A DNA stretch of 64,000 bases from Anaeroplasma sp. (GCA_022768655.1 JALEQD010000046.1:10437-74436); one strand, 5' to 3'. Counted from the stretch's first letter, positions 50,783 through 59,888 are shown. The notes: generated by a model from the letters alone, not told the origin. Program-made: numbers and translations.

Positions 50783-51240
50783 TTCAATTCACCTACAACT
50801 TTCTCATACCTAGGACCAACTCCTGAAACCTCGATTTCACGATTATTTTCATCTATCCTTTTTAAGCAAATTAAAAGATAATTATCAGGAAGTATTTCTT
50901 CAACCTGATATGGCCACTCAATAACACACAAAGCATCAGTTTCAATATATTCTTCTAAATCAAAATCCTCATTTATTCCATCTAATCTATATAAATCTAA
51001 ATGGTATAGCTTACCCTTTGTTCCGTTATATGTTTTTACAATATTAAATGTTGGCGAATTAATAACTCTATCAATTCCAAGAGCTTTTCCAATTCCTTTT
51101 GTTATAGTAGTTTTTCCAGCCGATAAATCTCCTGTCAGTAAAACCACATCACCTATAGATAACAATTTTCCTATTTTTTCGCCTAATTCAATAGTTTCTA
51201 AAGAATTAGAAGTTTGAAATTTTTTCACATAAATCACCAT
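50779..51240 (-). CDS. tsaE: tRNA threonylcarbamoyladenosine biosynthesis ATPase TsaE
   Basis: LTGDLSAGKTTITKGI, SPTFNIVKTY and HLDLYRL. Confidence 0.92.
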   Translation of the reverse strand: MVIYVKKFQTSNSLETIELGEKIGKLLSIGDVVLLTGDLSAGKTTITKGIGKALGIDRVINSPTFNIVKTYNGTKGKLYHLDLYRLDGINEDFDLEEYIETDALCVIEWPYQVEEILPDNYLLICLKRIDENNREIEVSGVGPRYEKVVGELK

Positions 51241-51345
51241 AATACATTATAGCACCAAATTACTTATTTTTGAATACAAAGGAAGTAATAAAACGTTTCA
51301 AAAAAACCAAAAAAAATACGGATACCATAACAGTATCCATATCCA

Positions 51346-52269
51346 TTATAATGTTAATGTTTTTTCTTCTTCCTTAGGAAGCTTTGTAATCTTTTTAGCA
51401 TGAAGCATTACAACCTCTTCATTTGCGATATTTGAAAATTCAAAATGTACGCTACATTCTAAATATATACAGTCATCAACCTCAACTTTTGTATCAGTTT
51501 CATTTACAACCTCATAACCTAAAAACTGAATATCCTCACTACAACAAGTCATAACCTTTCTACCACAAACAAATGTATTTTTTGTTATATCTCTAACAAA
51601 TGTTTTAAATTTAAATATTTTATTTTCATATTTTTCATGATTATCAAATACTTCAACATACCAAGTTGGATAAACATCCTCTTCAAAGGCTATTTCATCC
51701 TTTGATAAATCATATGGCAAATCCTCTTCAAGCATTGTAGATAATCTTCCATCAGCACCCTCAAAGGCTATTTGGGCTTGTTGATTCAAACCTCTAATCC
51801 ATCTACGATATTGTCCTAAATCTTTTATTCCATCACATCTATTGAAAATGACTAAGGAAGAATATTGTACCATTGATTGAAATATTTTTCTCATGTTATT
51901 AAACATAACATTAAAGTTTGTAGCATCTATCAATGTTATTTGTTGATATATAACAAAATTTCTTGGAAATTCCTGTGCTTCAAAATCAAAAAAGCTATTA
52001 TACTCAATTACATATTGATCAGCACAATAAATCTTATCTAGGTTTTTAAGATATGCTGGTGTGAAATCCTCTTGATTCTCAATATATTCTATGTGAACTT
52101 GATTCTTTTCACACCACTCTTCATCATATTCAATCTCACCTTGCTCACATGCAATAACAACTGTAGAATTATTTTGGTAATTTTCATTATTTTCAATTAT
52201 TTCTTTAATTAATGTTGTTTTTCCACTTTCAAGAAATCCATTTAATAAGAATAAAGGTACTTCTTTCAT
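51346..52269 (-). CDS. CobW/G3E-family P-loop GTPase-like protein lacking the CxCC motif
   Basis: P-loop LNGFLESGKTTLIKEI. I saw no GCxCC. Start set at the ATG preceded by GGGTGA. Confidence 0.6.
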   Translation of the reverse strand: MKEVPLFLLNGFLESGKTTLIKEIIENNENYQNNSTVVIACEQGEIEYDEEWCEKNQVHIEYIENQEDFTPAYLKNLDKIYCADQYVIEYNSFFDFEAQEFPRNFVIYQQITLIDATNFNVMFNNMRKIFQSMVQYSSLVIFNRCDGIKDLGQYRRWIRGLNQQAQIAFEGADGRLSTMLEEDLPYDLSKDEIAFEEDVYPTWYVEVFDNHEKYENKIFKFKTFVRDITKNTFVCGRKVMTCCSEDIQFLGYEVVNETDTKVEVDDCIYLECSVHFEFSNIANEEVVMLHAKKITKLPKEEEKTLTL

Positions 52270-52281
52270 CAATATCACCCA

Positions 52282-53439
52282 TTAAAATAATTTTTTAATA
52301 TCATCGGTATTAATATGGGCACCAATTACAACAATTTTTCCCATATGTATTGGATTTGCTGGAACAATCTCAAATTCTTCTGGAGTTAAATTAAATGTAT
52401 ACCATTTATCATCTGTTGCAGCAATAATACCCTTTGAACGCACAATTTGTCCATATTTTCCATTTGCCATATCATTTAAAACTGACTTTAATTGTTCTAA
52501 ATCATACTTCTTAACAGTTTCCATTCCAAAAGAATTGAATACTTCATCAGCATGATGATGGTGGTGATGTCCACATTCACATTCTTCATCATGGTCATGG
52601 TGGTGATGTCCACATTCACATTCTTCATCATGGTCATGGTGGTGATGTCCACATTCGCATTCTTCATCATGGTCATGGTGGTGATGTCCACATTCGCATT
52701 CTTCATCATGGTCATGGTGATGATGTCCACATTCGCATTCTTCGTCATGATCATGGTGGTGATGTCCACATTCGCATTCTTCGTCATGGTCATGGTGGTG
52801 ATGTCCACATTCACATTCTTCGTCATCTAAATCCTTAAGTAAATCATAATCTATACCCTCATAAGCATTTAATAGATCATCATCACTTAATTTTGAAATA
52901 GGAGTTGTTATTACAACACACTTTTCATTATATTTTCTAATTATTTCAAGTGCTGTTTGCGCATTTTCTTCTTTAACAATATCCATTCTTGATAAAACAA
53001 CAGTATGCGCATTTGCAATTTGATCTGTAAAGAATTCACCGAAATTTTTATCATACATTTTTGCTTTTTTAGCATCTACCATACATACTAATGAATTAAT
53101 ATTATTTTGAAGATTAGCTGAAGCTATTGCCTTGATAATATCTGATAACTTTCCAACTCCAGATGGTTCTATTAAAATTCTATCTGGATTATATTTATCA
53201 ATTATTTCATTAAGTGATTTAGAAAAATCACCAACCAATGAACAGCAAATACAGCCCTGAGATATTTCCTTGATTGATATGTTAGTATCCTTTAATAAAT
53301 CAGTATCAACTGATATTTCACCATATTCATTTTCAATTAATACAACCTTTTCATTCTTTAATTTTGTGTCTAATAATCTTTTAATAAATGTGGTTTTTCC
53401 TGCACCTAAAAAACCAGAAATAACATCAATTTTTAACAT
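52282..53439 (-). CDS. CobW/COG0523-type G3E GTPase metallochaperone with a 7-fold ECECGHHHHDHDE repeat insert
   Basis: P-loop GFLGAGKTTFIKRLL, canonical metal motif GCICCS, CobW C-terminal domain, and a 91-aa Cys/His-rich tandem repeat between the domains. Confidence 0.8.
   Translation of the reverse strand: MLKIDVISGFLGAGKTTFIKRLLDTKLKNEKVVLIENEYGEISVDTDLLKDTNISIKEISQGCICCSLVGDFSKSLNEIIDKYNPDRILIEPSGVGKLSDIIKAIASANLQNNINSLVCMVDAKKAKMYDKNFGEFFTDQIANAHTVVLSRMDIVKEENAQTALEIIRKYNEKCVVITTPISKLSDDDLLNAYEGIDYDLLKDLDDEECECGHHHHDHDEECECGHHHHDHDEECECGHHHHDHDEECECGHHHHDHDEECECGHHHHDHDEECECGHHHHDHDEECECGHHHHHHADEVFNSFGMETVKKYDLEQLKSVLNDMANGKYGQIVRSKGIIAATDDKWYTFNLTPEEFEIVPANPIHMGKIVVIGAHINTDDIKKLF
52552..52824 (-). 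repeat. 7 x 39-bp in-frame tandem repeat inside the CobW-like gene
   Basis: Units begin at 52552, 52591, 52630, 52669, 52708, 52747 and 52786. They differ only by a few substitutions (cacattcAcattc vs cacattcGcattc, catcatg vs cgtcatg, ggtggtg vs ggtgatg). Confidence 0.95.
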
Positions 53440-53486
53440 TTTAACATCCTTCTTTCTTCAAATTATTATACATCATTTTAATAACA

Positions 53487-55208
53487 TTAACAAGTTAAGT
53501 TAGAAAATTGCTTCTTATATAAATTTGCATATTCTCCATCTTTTTCCATAAGCATATCATGACTTCCACTTTCTATTATCCTACCATCTGATATAACATA
53601 TATTTCATCAGCATTTTTTATTGTCGATAATCTATGTGCAACAATCAATGTTGTTCTACCCTTTGCAAGTTCATCTAAGGATTCTTGAATAATTGATTCA
53701 GTAATTGTATCAAGTGCACTTGTTGCTTCATCTAATATTAAGATACTTGGATTTTTCAAAAACACTCGTGCGATAGAAATCCTTTGTTTTTGTCCACCTG
53801 ATAATTTAATTCCTCTTTCACCAATCTCTGTTTGATATCCATTCTCAAGTGACATAATATATTCATGAATGTTAGCTTTCTTTGCTGCCTCATACACTTC
53901 TAAATCTGTAGCAGAAAGCTTTCCATATCTTATATTATCAATCACTGTTCCAGAAAATAAGAATACATCCTGCTGAACAATACCAATTGAATTTCTAAGG
54001 GAGCTAAATGTTAAATCTGAAATATCATATCCACCAATAGTAATTTTCCCACTAGTTACAGGATAAAAATTTGGAAGCAAATGACAAATAGTAGTTTTTC
54101 CTCCACCTGAAGGTCCTACTAGTGCAATTTTCTTTCCTTCTTCTATTTTAAAGGATATATCATTTAAAACCTCTTTATTGGCATGATAATTAAATGAAAC
54201 ATGATCAAATACTATTTCGCCTTTTAAATTGCAAACATCAATGGCATCTTCCTTTTCCTCTTCCTCTTTTGCATCTATTATTTCAAGGAATCGTTTAAAG
54301 CCTGTAACACCATCCTGATATTGCTCAACAAAATTAATTAATGTTGTTAAAGGATTTAAAAATACATTTATTGATACCATAAATGTTACTAATATTGCAT
54401 AATCTATTTTTTCCCAAAAAACAAATAAAGCACCAAAAATCAAAACAACGATATTAAATAGATTAGCAATAAAATCAGTAGAAGACCAAAATTGTGCCAT
54501 TCTAACATATGCTTTACTTCTTGCTTTAACAAATTGCTGGTTACCATTTTCAAATTTTTCTATTTCTTCTTCACTATTATTAAACGCTTTTGTTACTCTT
54601 ATACCTGTTATTGATGATTCTAGTGTTCCGTTTATTAATGCTACTGACTTTCTTGATTCCATAAATGCATTATTCATCTTTTTCCTCATATATAATGAAA
54701 CAATAATTAAAAGTGGAACACAAATAAAGATAATAAGCGTTAATTGCCAATTAATTGAAAGTAAATATGCAAATGATAAAACAACAGATGCTCCACATAT
54801 AAAAAAGTTTTCTGGTCCATGATGTGCTAATTCTGATATTTCCATTAAATCATTTGTTATTCTACTCATTATTTTTCCTGTTTCATGCTCATCATAATAG
54901 GAAAAGGGTAATTTTTGAAGCTTCTTAAATATTTCCCTTCTCATATCAGCCTGCATTTTAACACCCATAATATGTCCATATGACTGCACAAAATACTTTA
55001 AAAGCATTCTAATGATATAGCATATAAATATTGCAATACCAAAACCAATCAAATAAGCTATTTGCTTATTCGGTATAAATTCCTTTAATATTAAATTAGT
55101 TAATATAGGATACAACATTCCTATTAACGCAATTAATAGTGATGCAAGCATATCAAGAAAAAATATTCTTTTATATGGCTTATAATATTTAATAAATCTC
55201 TTTATCAT
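53487..55208 (-). CDS. ABC exporter, fused permease-ATPase (type I, MsbA/MdlB-like)
   Basis: 573 aa. Six N-terminal TM helices, then GPSGGGKTT, LSGGQKQRISIAR and ILILDEATSALD. Confidence 0.88.
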   Translation of the reverse strand: MIKRFIKYYKPYKRIFFLDMLASLLIALIGMLYPILTNLILKEFIPNKQIAYLIGFGIAIFICYIIRMLLKYFVQSYGHIMGVKMQADMRREIFKKLQKLPFSYYDEHETGKIMSRITNDLMEISELAHHGPENFFICGASVVLSFAYLLSINWQLTLIIFICVPLLIIVSLYMRKKMNNAFMESRKSVALINGTLESSITGIRVTKAFNNSEEEIEKFENGNQQFVKARSKAYVRMAQFWSSTDFIANLFNIVVLIFGALFVFWEKIDYAILVTFMVSINVFLNPLTTLINFVEQYQDGVTGFKRFLEIIDAKEEEEKEDAIDVCNLKGEIVFDHVSFNYHANKEVLNDISFKIEEGKKIALVGPSGGGKTTICHLLPNFYPVTSGKITIGGYDISDLTFSSLRNSIGIVQQDVFLFSGTVIDNIRYGKLSATDLEVYEAAKKANIHEYIMSLENGYQTEIGERGIKLSGGQKQRISIARVFLKNPSILILDEATSALDTITESIIQESLDELAKGRTTLIVAHRLSTIKNADEIYVISDGRIIESGSHDMLMEKDGEYANLYKKQFSNLTC

Positions 55209-55229
55209 AAAATCTCATACATCATTAAA

Positions 55230-55248
55230 TTAGTTAGAATTCAACTAA
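55230..55248. promoter_or_regulatory. Inverted repeat in the leader of the ABC-CobW operon
   Basis: TTAGTT-agaattc-AACTAA, about 25 nt upstream of the ABC start codon. Confidence 0.3.
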
Positions 55249-55322
55249 AATAATGATACTTCCTCCTTATAAAACTATTATTTTTATTATACAAGAAAAC
55301 ATTATTTTCATATTAACCTTCT

Positions 55323-55357
55323 AAAAAAAGAAAGAGCCAAAAACTAGTCGTGGCTCT
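55323..55357 (-). terminator. Terminator of the TIR-like/Sel1 gene
   Basis: On the minus strand, AGAGCCA ... TGGCTCT hairpin followed by TTCTTTTTTT. Confidence 0.7.
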
Positions 55358-55372
55358 ATAATATTCAATTTC

Positions 55373-56371
55373 TTATTTTTTCTTTCTAGCCTCATATGCC
55401 ATACGAAGCATTTTAATATCACGTAAGCATTCTGCAACCTTAGCACCATTTCCAATAGCCTTATAGTAATTTAATGCTGCAGCATAATTTCTTCTTGCTA
55501 GTAATCTATCAGCTTGTTGTTGAAGTTTCTCTTTAGCTAAAGCCTTTGAATTTTCTGATGTTGTAGATGATGCTAAAACATCACAATATATATCATAAGC
55601 TTCCTTTACTCTTCTCATCTTTGAATCATAAGCCCAGCTAGTTTCATATAAATATCCTAGATTATATAATGCATCTGGGTTTCCTAATTCAACTGCTGTT
55701 TTTAAATATTTTTCAGCAAATTCTAGATTCTTAGTTTGAGTATATAGATATCCTAAATTATTACAAATTGTAGCTTGAGAATCAGAATCGGAAATTGGTA
55801 AACAAATTGAATAATAATTAATAGCCTTATCACAATTCATTAAAGTTGAATATGCTGATGCTATCTTCTCTTTTACTATTAAGTCATTCATTTTAAATAC
55901 CTTTAATAAATAACATAATGCCCAAACATAATTACCTGTATTATATAAGTTTAAGGCTTCTTTCCTTAACTTTTTCTTATTGAATGGAGTAACACGTAGT
56001 TTATATCCACCAACCATAATACAACAAATATCATTTGCTAATGCTTCTAGTGGATAGCCTTCCTTTACTTCAATTTCATTAATGTTATATCTGTTTTGAT
56101 ATGTTGATTTTTTAATAAAAGCAGTAACAATTTGAATTTTATTATTTGCCTTAACAATTTCTCTTAAATAATCTCTATAATCAAAATCTTCAGAAATATG
56201 TAAAATAACTAGACACGAACTCTTCTTAATATCCTTTAAAACCTCTGGATCCTTCAAAGAAACCTTTTCAAACATGTGCACTTCAACATGCTTATCTTCT
56301 ATAATTTCTTTAACATCATTTGCTAAGCCTTCATCCTGCGGAAGATAAACTAAAGTAATGTAATTATTCAT
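55373..56371 (-). CDS. Two-domain protein: N-terminal alpha/beta (TIR-like?) domain plus C-terminal Sel1/TPR repeats
   Basis: C-terminal repeats NLGYLYTQTKNLEFAEKYLKTAVELGNPDALYNLGYLYE are Sel1-like. The N-terminal 120 aa alternate beta and alpha segments (ITLVYL / EGLANDVKEII / VEVHMF / SCLVILHISEDF..DYLREIV / IQIVTAFI). Confidence 0.5.
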   Translation of the reverse strand: MNNYITLVYLPQDEGLANDVKEIIEDKHVEVHMFEKVSLKDPEVLKDIKKSSCLVILHISEDFDYRDYLREIVKANNKIQIVTAFIKKSTYQNRYNINEIEVKEGYPLEALANDICCIMVGGYKLRVTPFNKKKLRKEALNLYNTGNYVWALCYLLKVFKMNDLIVKEKIASAYSTLMNCDKAINYYSICLPISDSDSQATICNNLGYLYTQTKNLEFAEKYLKTAVELGNPDALYNLGYLYETSWAYDSKMRRVKEAYDIYCDVLASSTTSENSKALAKEKLQQQADRLLARRNYAAALNYYKAIGNGAKVAECLRDIKMLRMAYEARKKK

Positions 56372-56430
56372 ATTAGCACCTCTTAAATAATCCTATGTTT
56401 ATCTAATTATATCATAAGAAGCTTTTTTTG

Positions 56431-56445
56431 TGCAATCGTTTTCAA
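56431..56445 (-). promoter_or_regulatory. cre (CcpA-binding) consensus site overlapping the -35 region of the TIR-like/Sel1 gene
   Basis: The minus-strand sequence TTGAAAACGATTGCA fits WTGNAANCGNWNNCW at all 15 positions. TGaTATAAT lies at 56406-56414. Confidence 0.5.
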
Positions 56446-56456
56446 AAGAATAATTC

Positions 56457-57245
56457 TTATTTTTTCGATAAAAAATGTTTTTTTATCATTTTTTTAGTAA
56501 ATGCATACGATATAGAAATAATTGTAGGTATATATTCAAGAATCAAAATCAAAACAACTAAAATAATTGAATATGCATAAATCAAATCATATTCTAGGGT
56601 TTCAATTCCATTTAGTATTGCTTTACCAATTGTATTTCTCAATCCACATACATATTCTGTTGTAACTAATACCTTAAGACCAAATCCAATAGAATCATTG
56701 TATTTGGCTTTACTATAAGAAGAAATTAAAGGAAGATATACCTTTAAAACCACCTTAAGTGAAATATTACTATTCAGCTTATATACATCAATAAAAGCAC
56801 GATCAATATTTTTTACACCTTCTTTTGTGCCCTCATAAATACCTGGTATTAAAAATAAAGAACAAGCAATCAAAGGAGATTTATTAAAACCAAAAATAAT
56901 CATTGAAATAACTATAATAACAATAATTGGAACAAATCTTATAAAAGCAAAAATAGGCTTTAATATTAATTCTACTCTATAATATACTCCTGATATTACT
57001 CCCAAAAATATGCCAATGAAAAAGCTTAATAGAATACATATTATTAAATTGAATAATGTGTTTTTAATATAATTATAGGTGGTAGCATCACCTAGTAAAA
57101 TAAATGTTTTTTTAAGTATCGTTATTATATCAGGGAAAATGAGTGAATCATTTATTATTAAAGATAAAATAACAAATGAAAACAAAAGAAATATTAATCC
57201 AATTAGGTAATAACAAATATTTTTTTTATTCATAATAGAACTCAT
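56457..57245 (-). CDS. ABC transporter permease (binding-protein-dependent type)
   Basis: 262 aa with six TM helices. Overlaps the upstream SBP gene by 20 nt. Confidence 0.6.
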   Translation of the reverse strand: MSSIMNKKNICYYLIGLIFLLFSFVILSLIINDSLIFPDIITILKKTFILLGDATTYNYIKNTLFNLIICILLSFFIGIFLGVISGVYYRVELILKPIFAFIRFVPIIVIIVISMIIFGFNKSPLIACSLFLIPGIYEGTKEGVKNIDRAFIDVYKLNSNISLKVVLKVYLPLISSYSKAKYNDSIGFGLKVLVTTEYVCGLRNTIGKAILNGIETLEYDLIYAYSIILVVLILILEYIPTIISISYAFTKKMIKKHFLSKK

Positions 57246-58149
57246 CTATAGGCATTTCTTTACCAAATAGTTCTTTTTTCAAAGCTACTAAACTTTCTAT
57301 ATCATCTTTTGCATCTAATGCCTTAACATATCTAATATTACAATTAGGTAATGCATTTAAAGTGACATTAAATGGAGTAGATAAAATCTTTAAATCTATT
57401 ACTGTTTGAGCTATTTCTTCTGGATTACTAGTCACCTTTGAAGCTGAAGCTTCTAGTCTTGATAAAAATAAATCTATTACTTTTTTATGATTATCAATTG
57501 TAGATGCTTTAATAAAACAGCCTGCCTGAGGATATGAATTTTTATTTGAAACCTCTTGATATAATTTTTGAACTGAAATATACGAAATACCTTCTTTTTT
57601 AGATATAGTTTGCGACAAAATAGGTTCAGCAATAAGCACAATGGCATTTTCATCACTAACTAGCTTTGCTTGAGTAAGAACTGTTGACTCAAGATATTCA
57701 ATATTTGATGGGGTAATATTCTTTTTTTCTAAAATATAATTAACAATAACAGCATTAATTGTTGCCTCGCCAAAAAAATACACCTCATGATTGTTTAAAT
57801 CCTCAAGCTTAAAATTTTCTTTTCGTGATGCTAAATATAAATTTCCCCATGTTAAAACAGCTGAAAGCTTATATGTTTTATTATTTGCATATTGCTTTGC
57901 ACCTAAATTTATTGGAGCAATAATAACATCTGATTCTTTTTCTGAAAATGCTGAAGGAAGACCTGTGCTTGCATCTAGTGATAAATTAAAATCATATTCA
58001 TCACTATATTTATTCATCATGTCTGCTACACATACGCTTGGAGCCCCGCTTGGTCCTGATACAGAAAGCTTATAGCTATCACTCTCATTACATGATGCTA
58101 AAAATATACCAAAAATAAACAAAAAAATAAATGAAATATATTTTTTCAA
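57226..58149 (-). CDS. ABC transporter substrate-binding lipoprotein (NMT1/ThiY-like?)
   Basis: Probable TTG start (GAGGTG 7 nt upstream) giving MKKYISFIFLFIFGIFLASC (lipobox). Periplasmic-binding-protein-like size. Adjacent to the permease gene. Confidence 0.5.
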   Translation of the reverse strand: MKKYISFIFLFIFGIFLASCNESDSYKLSVSGPSGAPSVCVADMMNKYSDEYDFNLSLDASTGLPSAFSEKESDVIIAPINLGAKQYANNKTYKLSAVLTWGNLYLASRKENFKLEDLNNHEVYFFGEATINAVIVNYILEKKNITPSNIEYLESTVLTQAKLVSDENAIVLIAEPILSQTISKKEGISYISVQKLYQEVSNKNSYPQAGCFIKASTIDNHKKVIDLFLSRLEASASKVTSNPEEIAQTVIDLKILSTPFNVTLNALPNCNIRYVKALDAKDDIESLVALKKELFGKEMPIDEFYYE

Positions 58150-58293
58150 ATTAAAACACCTCACTATACATATTTATTTTATCATAATTGTAAACAAATT
58201 AGTGTAAGAAATCTTACATTTATGTTTTTTTAAATATGTTTTGTGTATAAATAAATTATTATGATATAATTAATTTGCGAGAAGGTGTAACAT

Positions 58294-59094
58294 ATGGAAA
58301 AAATCGGTAAAAATCATGACGCATATAAAAAAATTAAGGATGTAATTAAAACAAACAAATATCCAAAACTTACAATTGCTGATGATATCCAAATATTGAA
58401 AATTATTATAGATAAAAAACTAAACATAGATACATTACTATATTGCTTCGACGTAGAATATAAAAACGAAACAAAAAAGCTTCTTGATGAGCTTATAATG
58501 CTTTCTAATAATACTTATGAAATATCAAAAAGTACTTATGAAGGCCTGTCATTAAAGGAAAATCATGTTGGAATAATTGCGGCAGTAAATATTTTAAATT
58601 ACACAATAAAAGATTTTGAAAATAAGGAATTTTTATTTGTACTAGATAGATTAGAAATTCCTGGAAACGTAGGAACTATATATAGAACTCTTGATTCAAT
58701 AAATGCTGATGGTGTCATTTTAGTTGATTCAGTTTCAAAAATTCATAATCCAAAAATTACTACTTCCTCTAGAGGATGTAATTTAATCGTGCCTACAATA
58801 TCATTATCATATGATGAAGCACAAGATTTTTTAATCAAAAATGGATATGATATATATTTAGGTGAACCAGAGCTTGGTAGTGATTATCAAAGCTATGATT
58901 ACAATAAAAAGATTGCTATTGTGGTTGGAAATGAAAGGTTTGGAATTAATGAAAACTGGTATAATAAACCTCATAAAAAGGTATATATACCAATGGAAGG
59001 AAATCAAAATAGTTTAAATGTAGGTGTTGCTCTATCAATACTTGCTTACGAAGCATATATGAAAAGAAAATGGGCTAGCAAGAAGCTTAAATAA
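58294..59094 (+). CDS. TrmH/SpoU-family RNA 2'-O-methyltransferase
   Basis: LDRLEIPGNVGTIYRTLDSINADGVILV, IVVGNERFGINENW and IPMEGNQNSLNVGVALSILAYE. Confidence 0.8.
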   Translation: MEKIGKNHDAYKKIKDVIKTNKYPKLTIADDIQILKIIIDKKLNIDTLLYCFDVEYKNETKKLLDELIMLSNNTYEISKSTYEGLSLKENHVGIIAAVNILNYTIKDFENKEFLFVLDRLEIPGNVGTIYRTLDSINADGVILVDSVSKIHNPKITTSSRGCNLIVPTISLSYDEAQDFLIKNGYDIYLGEPELGSDYQSYDYNKKIAIVVGNERFGINENWYNKPHKKVYIPMEGNQNSLNVGVALSILAYEAYMKRKWASKKLK

Positions 59095-59107
59095 GCTTTT
59101 TGCTAGC
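59074..59107. terminator. Long hairpin between the convergent TrmH-family gene and tpiA (bidirectional terminator)
   Basis: GCTAGCAAgAAGCTT-aaat-AAGCTTtTTGCTAGC, with T-rich flanks on both strands. Confidence 0.6.
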
Positions 59108-59114
59108 CCAACTT

Positions 59115-59870
59115 TTATTTTACACAAGCATTACATAATTCTATGAAGCTATCTGCTTTTAATGAAGCACCGCCTACAAGACCACCATCAATATTAGGTT
59201 GAGCCATTAATTCATTAACAGATTTTGTAGAAACAGAACCACCATAAAGAATTCTAATTTCGTTTGCTGCTTTCTTTGAATACAACTTTTCAACCAATGA
59301 TCTAATATAGCCACATGCCTCATCAGCCATTTCTGGTGAAGCAACCTTTCCTGTTCCAATTGCCCAAACTGGTTCATATGCAATAATCACATTTGAAAGA
59401 CTATCCTCACAAACATCAGCAAATGCTTTGCTAATTTGAGTATCCAATACCTCATGAGTTGTACCATTTTCGCGTTGTTCTAGTAATTCACCACAACACA
59501 CAATTGGTTTTAATCCAACCTCTAATGCTTTTTTTACTTTAGCATTAACTGATTCATCAGTTTCATTGAAATATTGTCTTCTTTCACTATGTCCAATAAT
59601 TACATATTCAACCTCAGTTGATTTAAGCATTAATGCAGATATTTCGCCTGTATAAGCTCCGCTATCCTTTTCATGCATGTTTTGGGCACCGATTCTAAGG
59701 TTATCACCTTGTCTTTTAACTAAATCACGTAAAATGATAGATGGAGCGCAAATGATTGTTTCCACCTTTTCCTTAGAAGGTAGTGCATCTTGAACTTGGT
59801 AAACGAACTCTAAAGCCTCATCTCTAGTTTTGTTCATTTTCCAATTTCCAGCCATTATTGGTTTTCTCAT
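59115..59870 (-). CDS. tpiA: Triose-phosphate isomerase
   Basis: MAGNWKMNK, IIGHSERR and AYEPVWAIGTG. Confidence 0.97.
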   Translation of the reverse strand: MRKPIMAGNWKMNKTRDEALEFVYQVQDALPSKEKVETIICAPSIILRDLVKRQGDNLRIGAQNMHEKDSGAYTGEISALMLKSTEVEYVIIGHSERRQYFNETDESVNAKVKKALEVGLKPIVCCGELLEQRENGTTHEVLDTQISKAFADVCEDSLSNVIIAYEPVWAIGTGKVASPEMADEACGYIRSLVEKLYSKKAANEIRILYGGSVSTKSVNELMAQPNIDGGLVGGASLKADSFIELCNACVK

Positions 59871-59888
59871 ATTATTAAAATTTCCTTT

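Noticed and set aside
52552-52824. Possible CRISPR array, because of the regular 39-bp periodicity
   Set aside because: The units are directly contiguous with no spacers, lie in frame within a CDS, and there are no cas genes in the window.
52497-52830. Two ORF-track entries (109 aa on the minus strand and 92 aa on the plus strand) made of MT[MT]KN.NVDITT and MVVMSTFTFFI repeats
   Set aside because: They are alternative-frame and antisense readings of the 7 x 39-bp repeat inside the CobW-like gene. Only the ECECGHHHH frame is continuous with a recognisable G3E GTPase on both sides.
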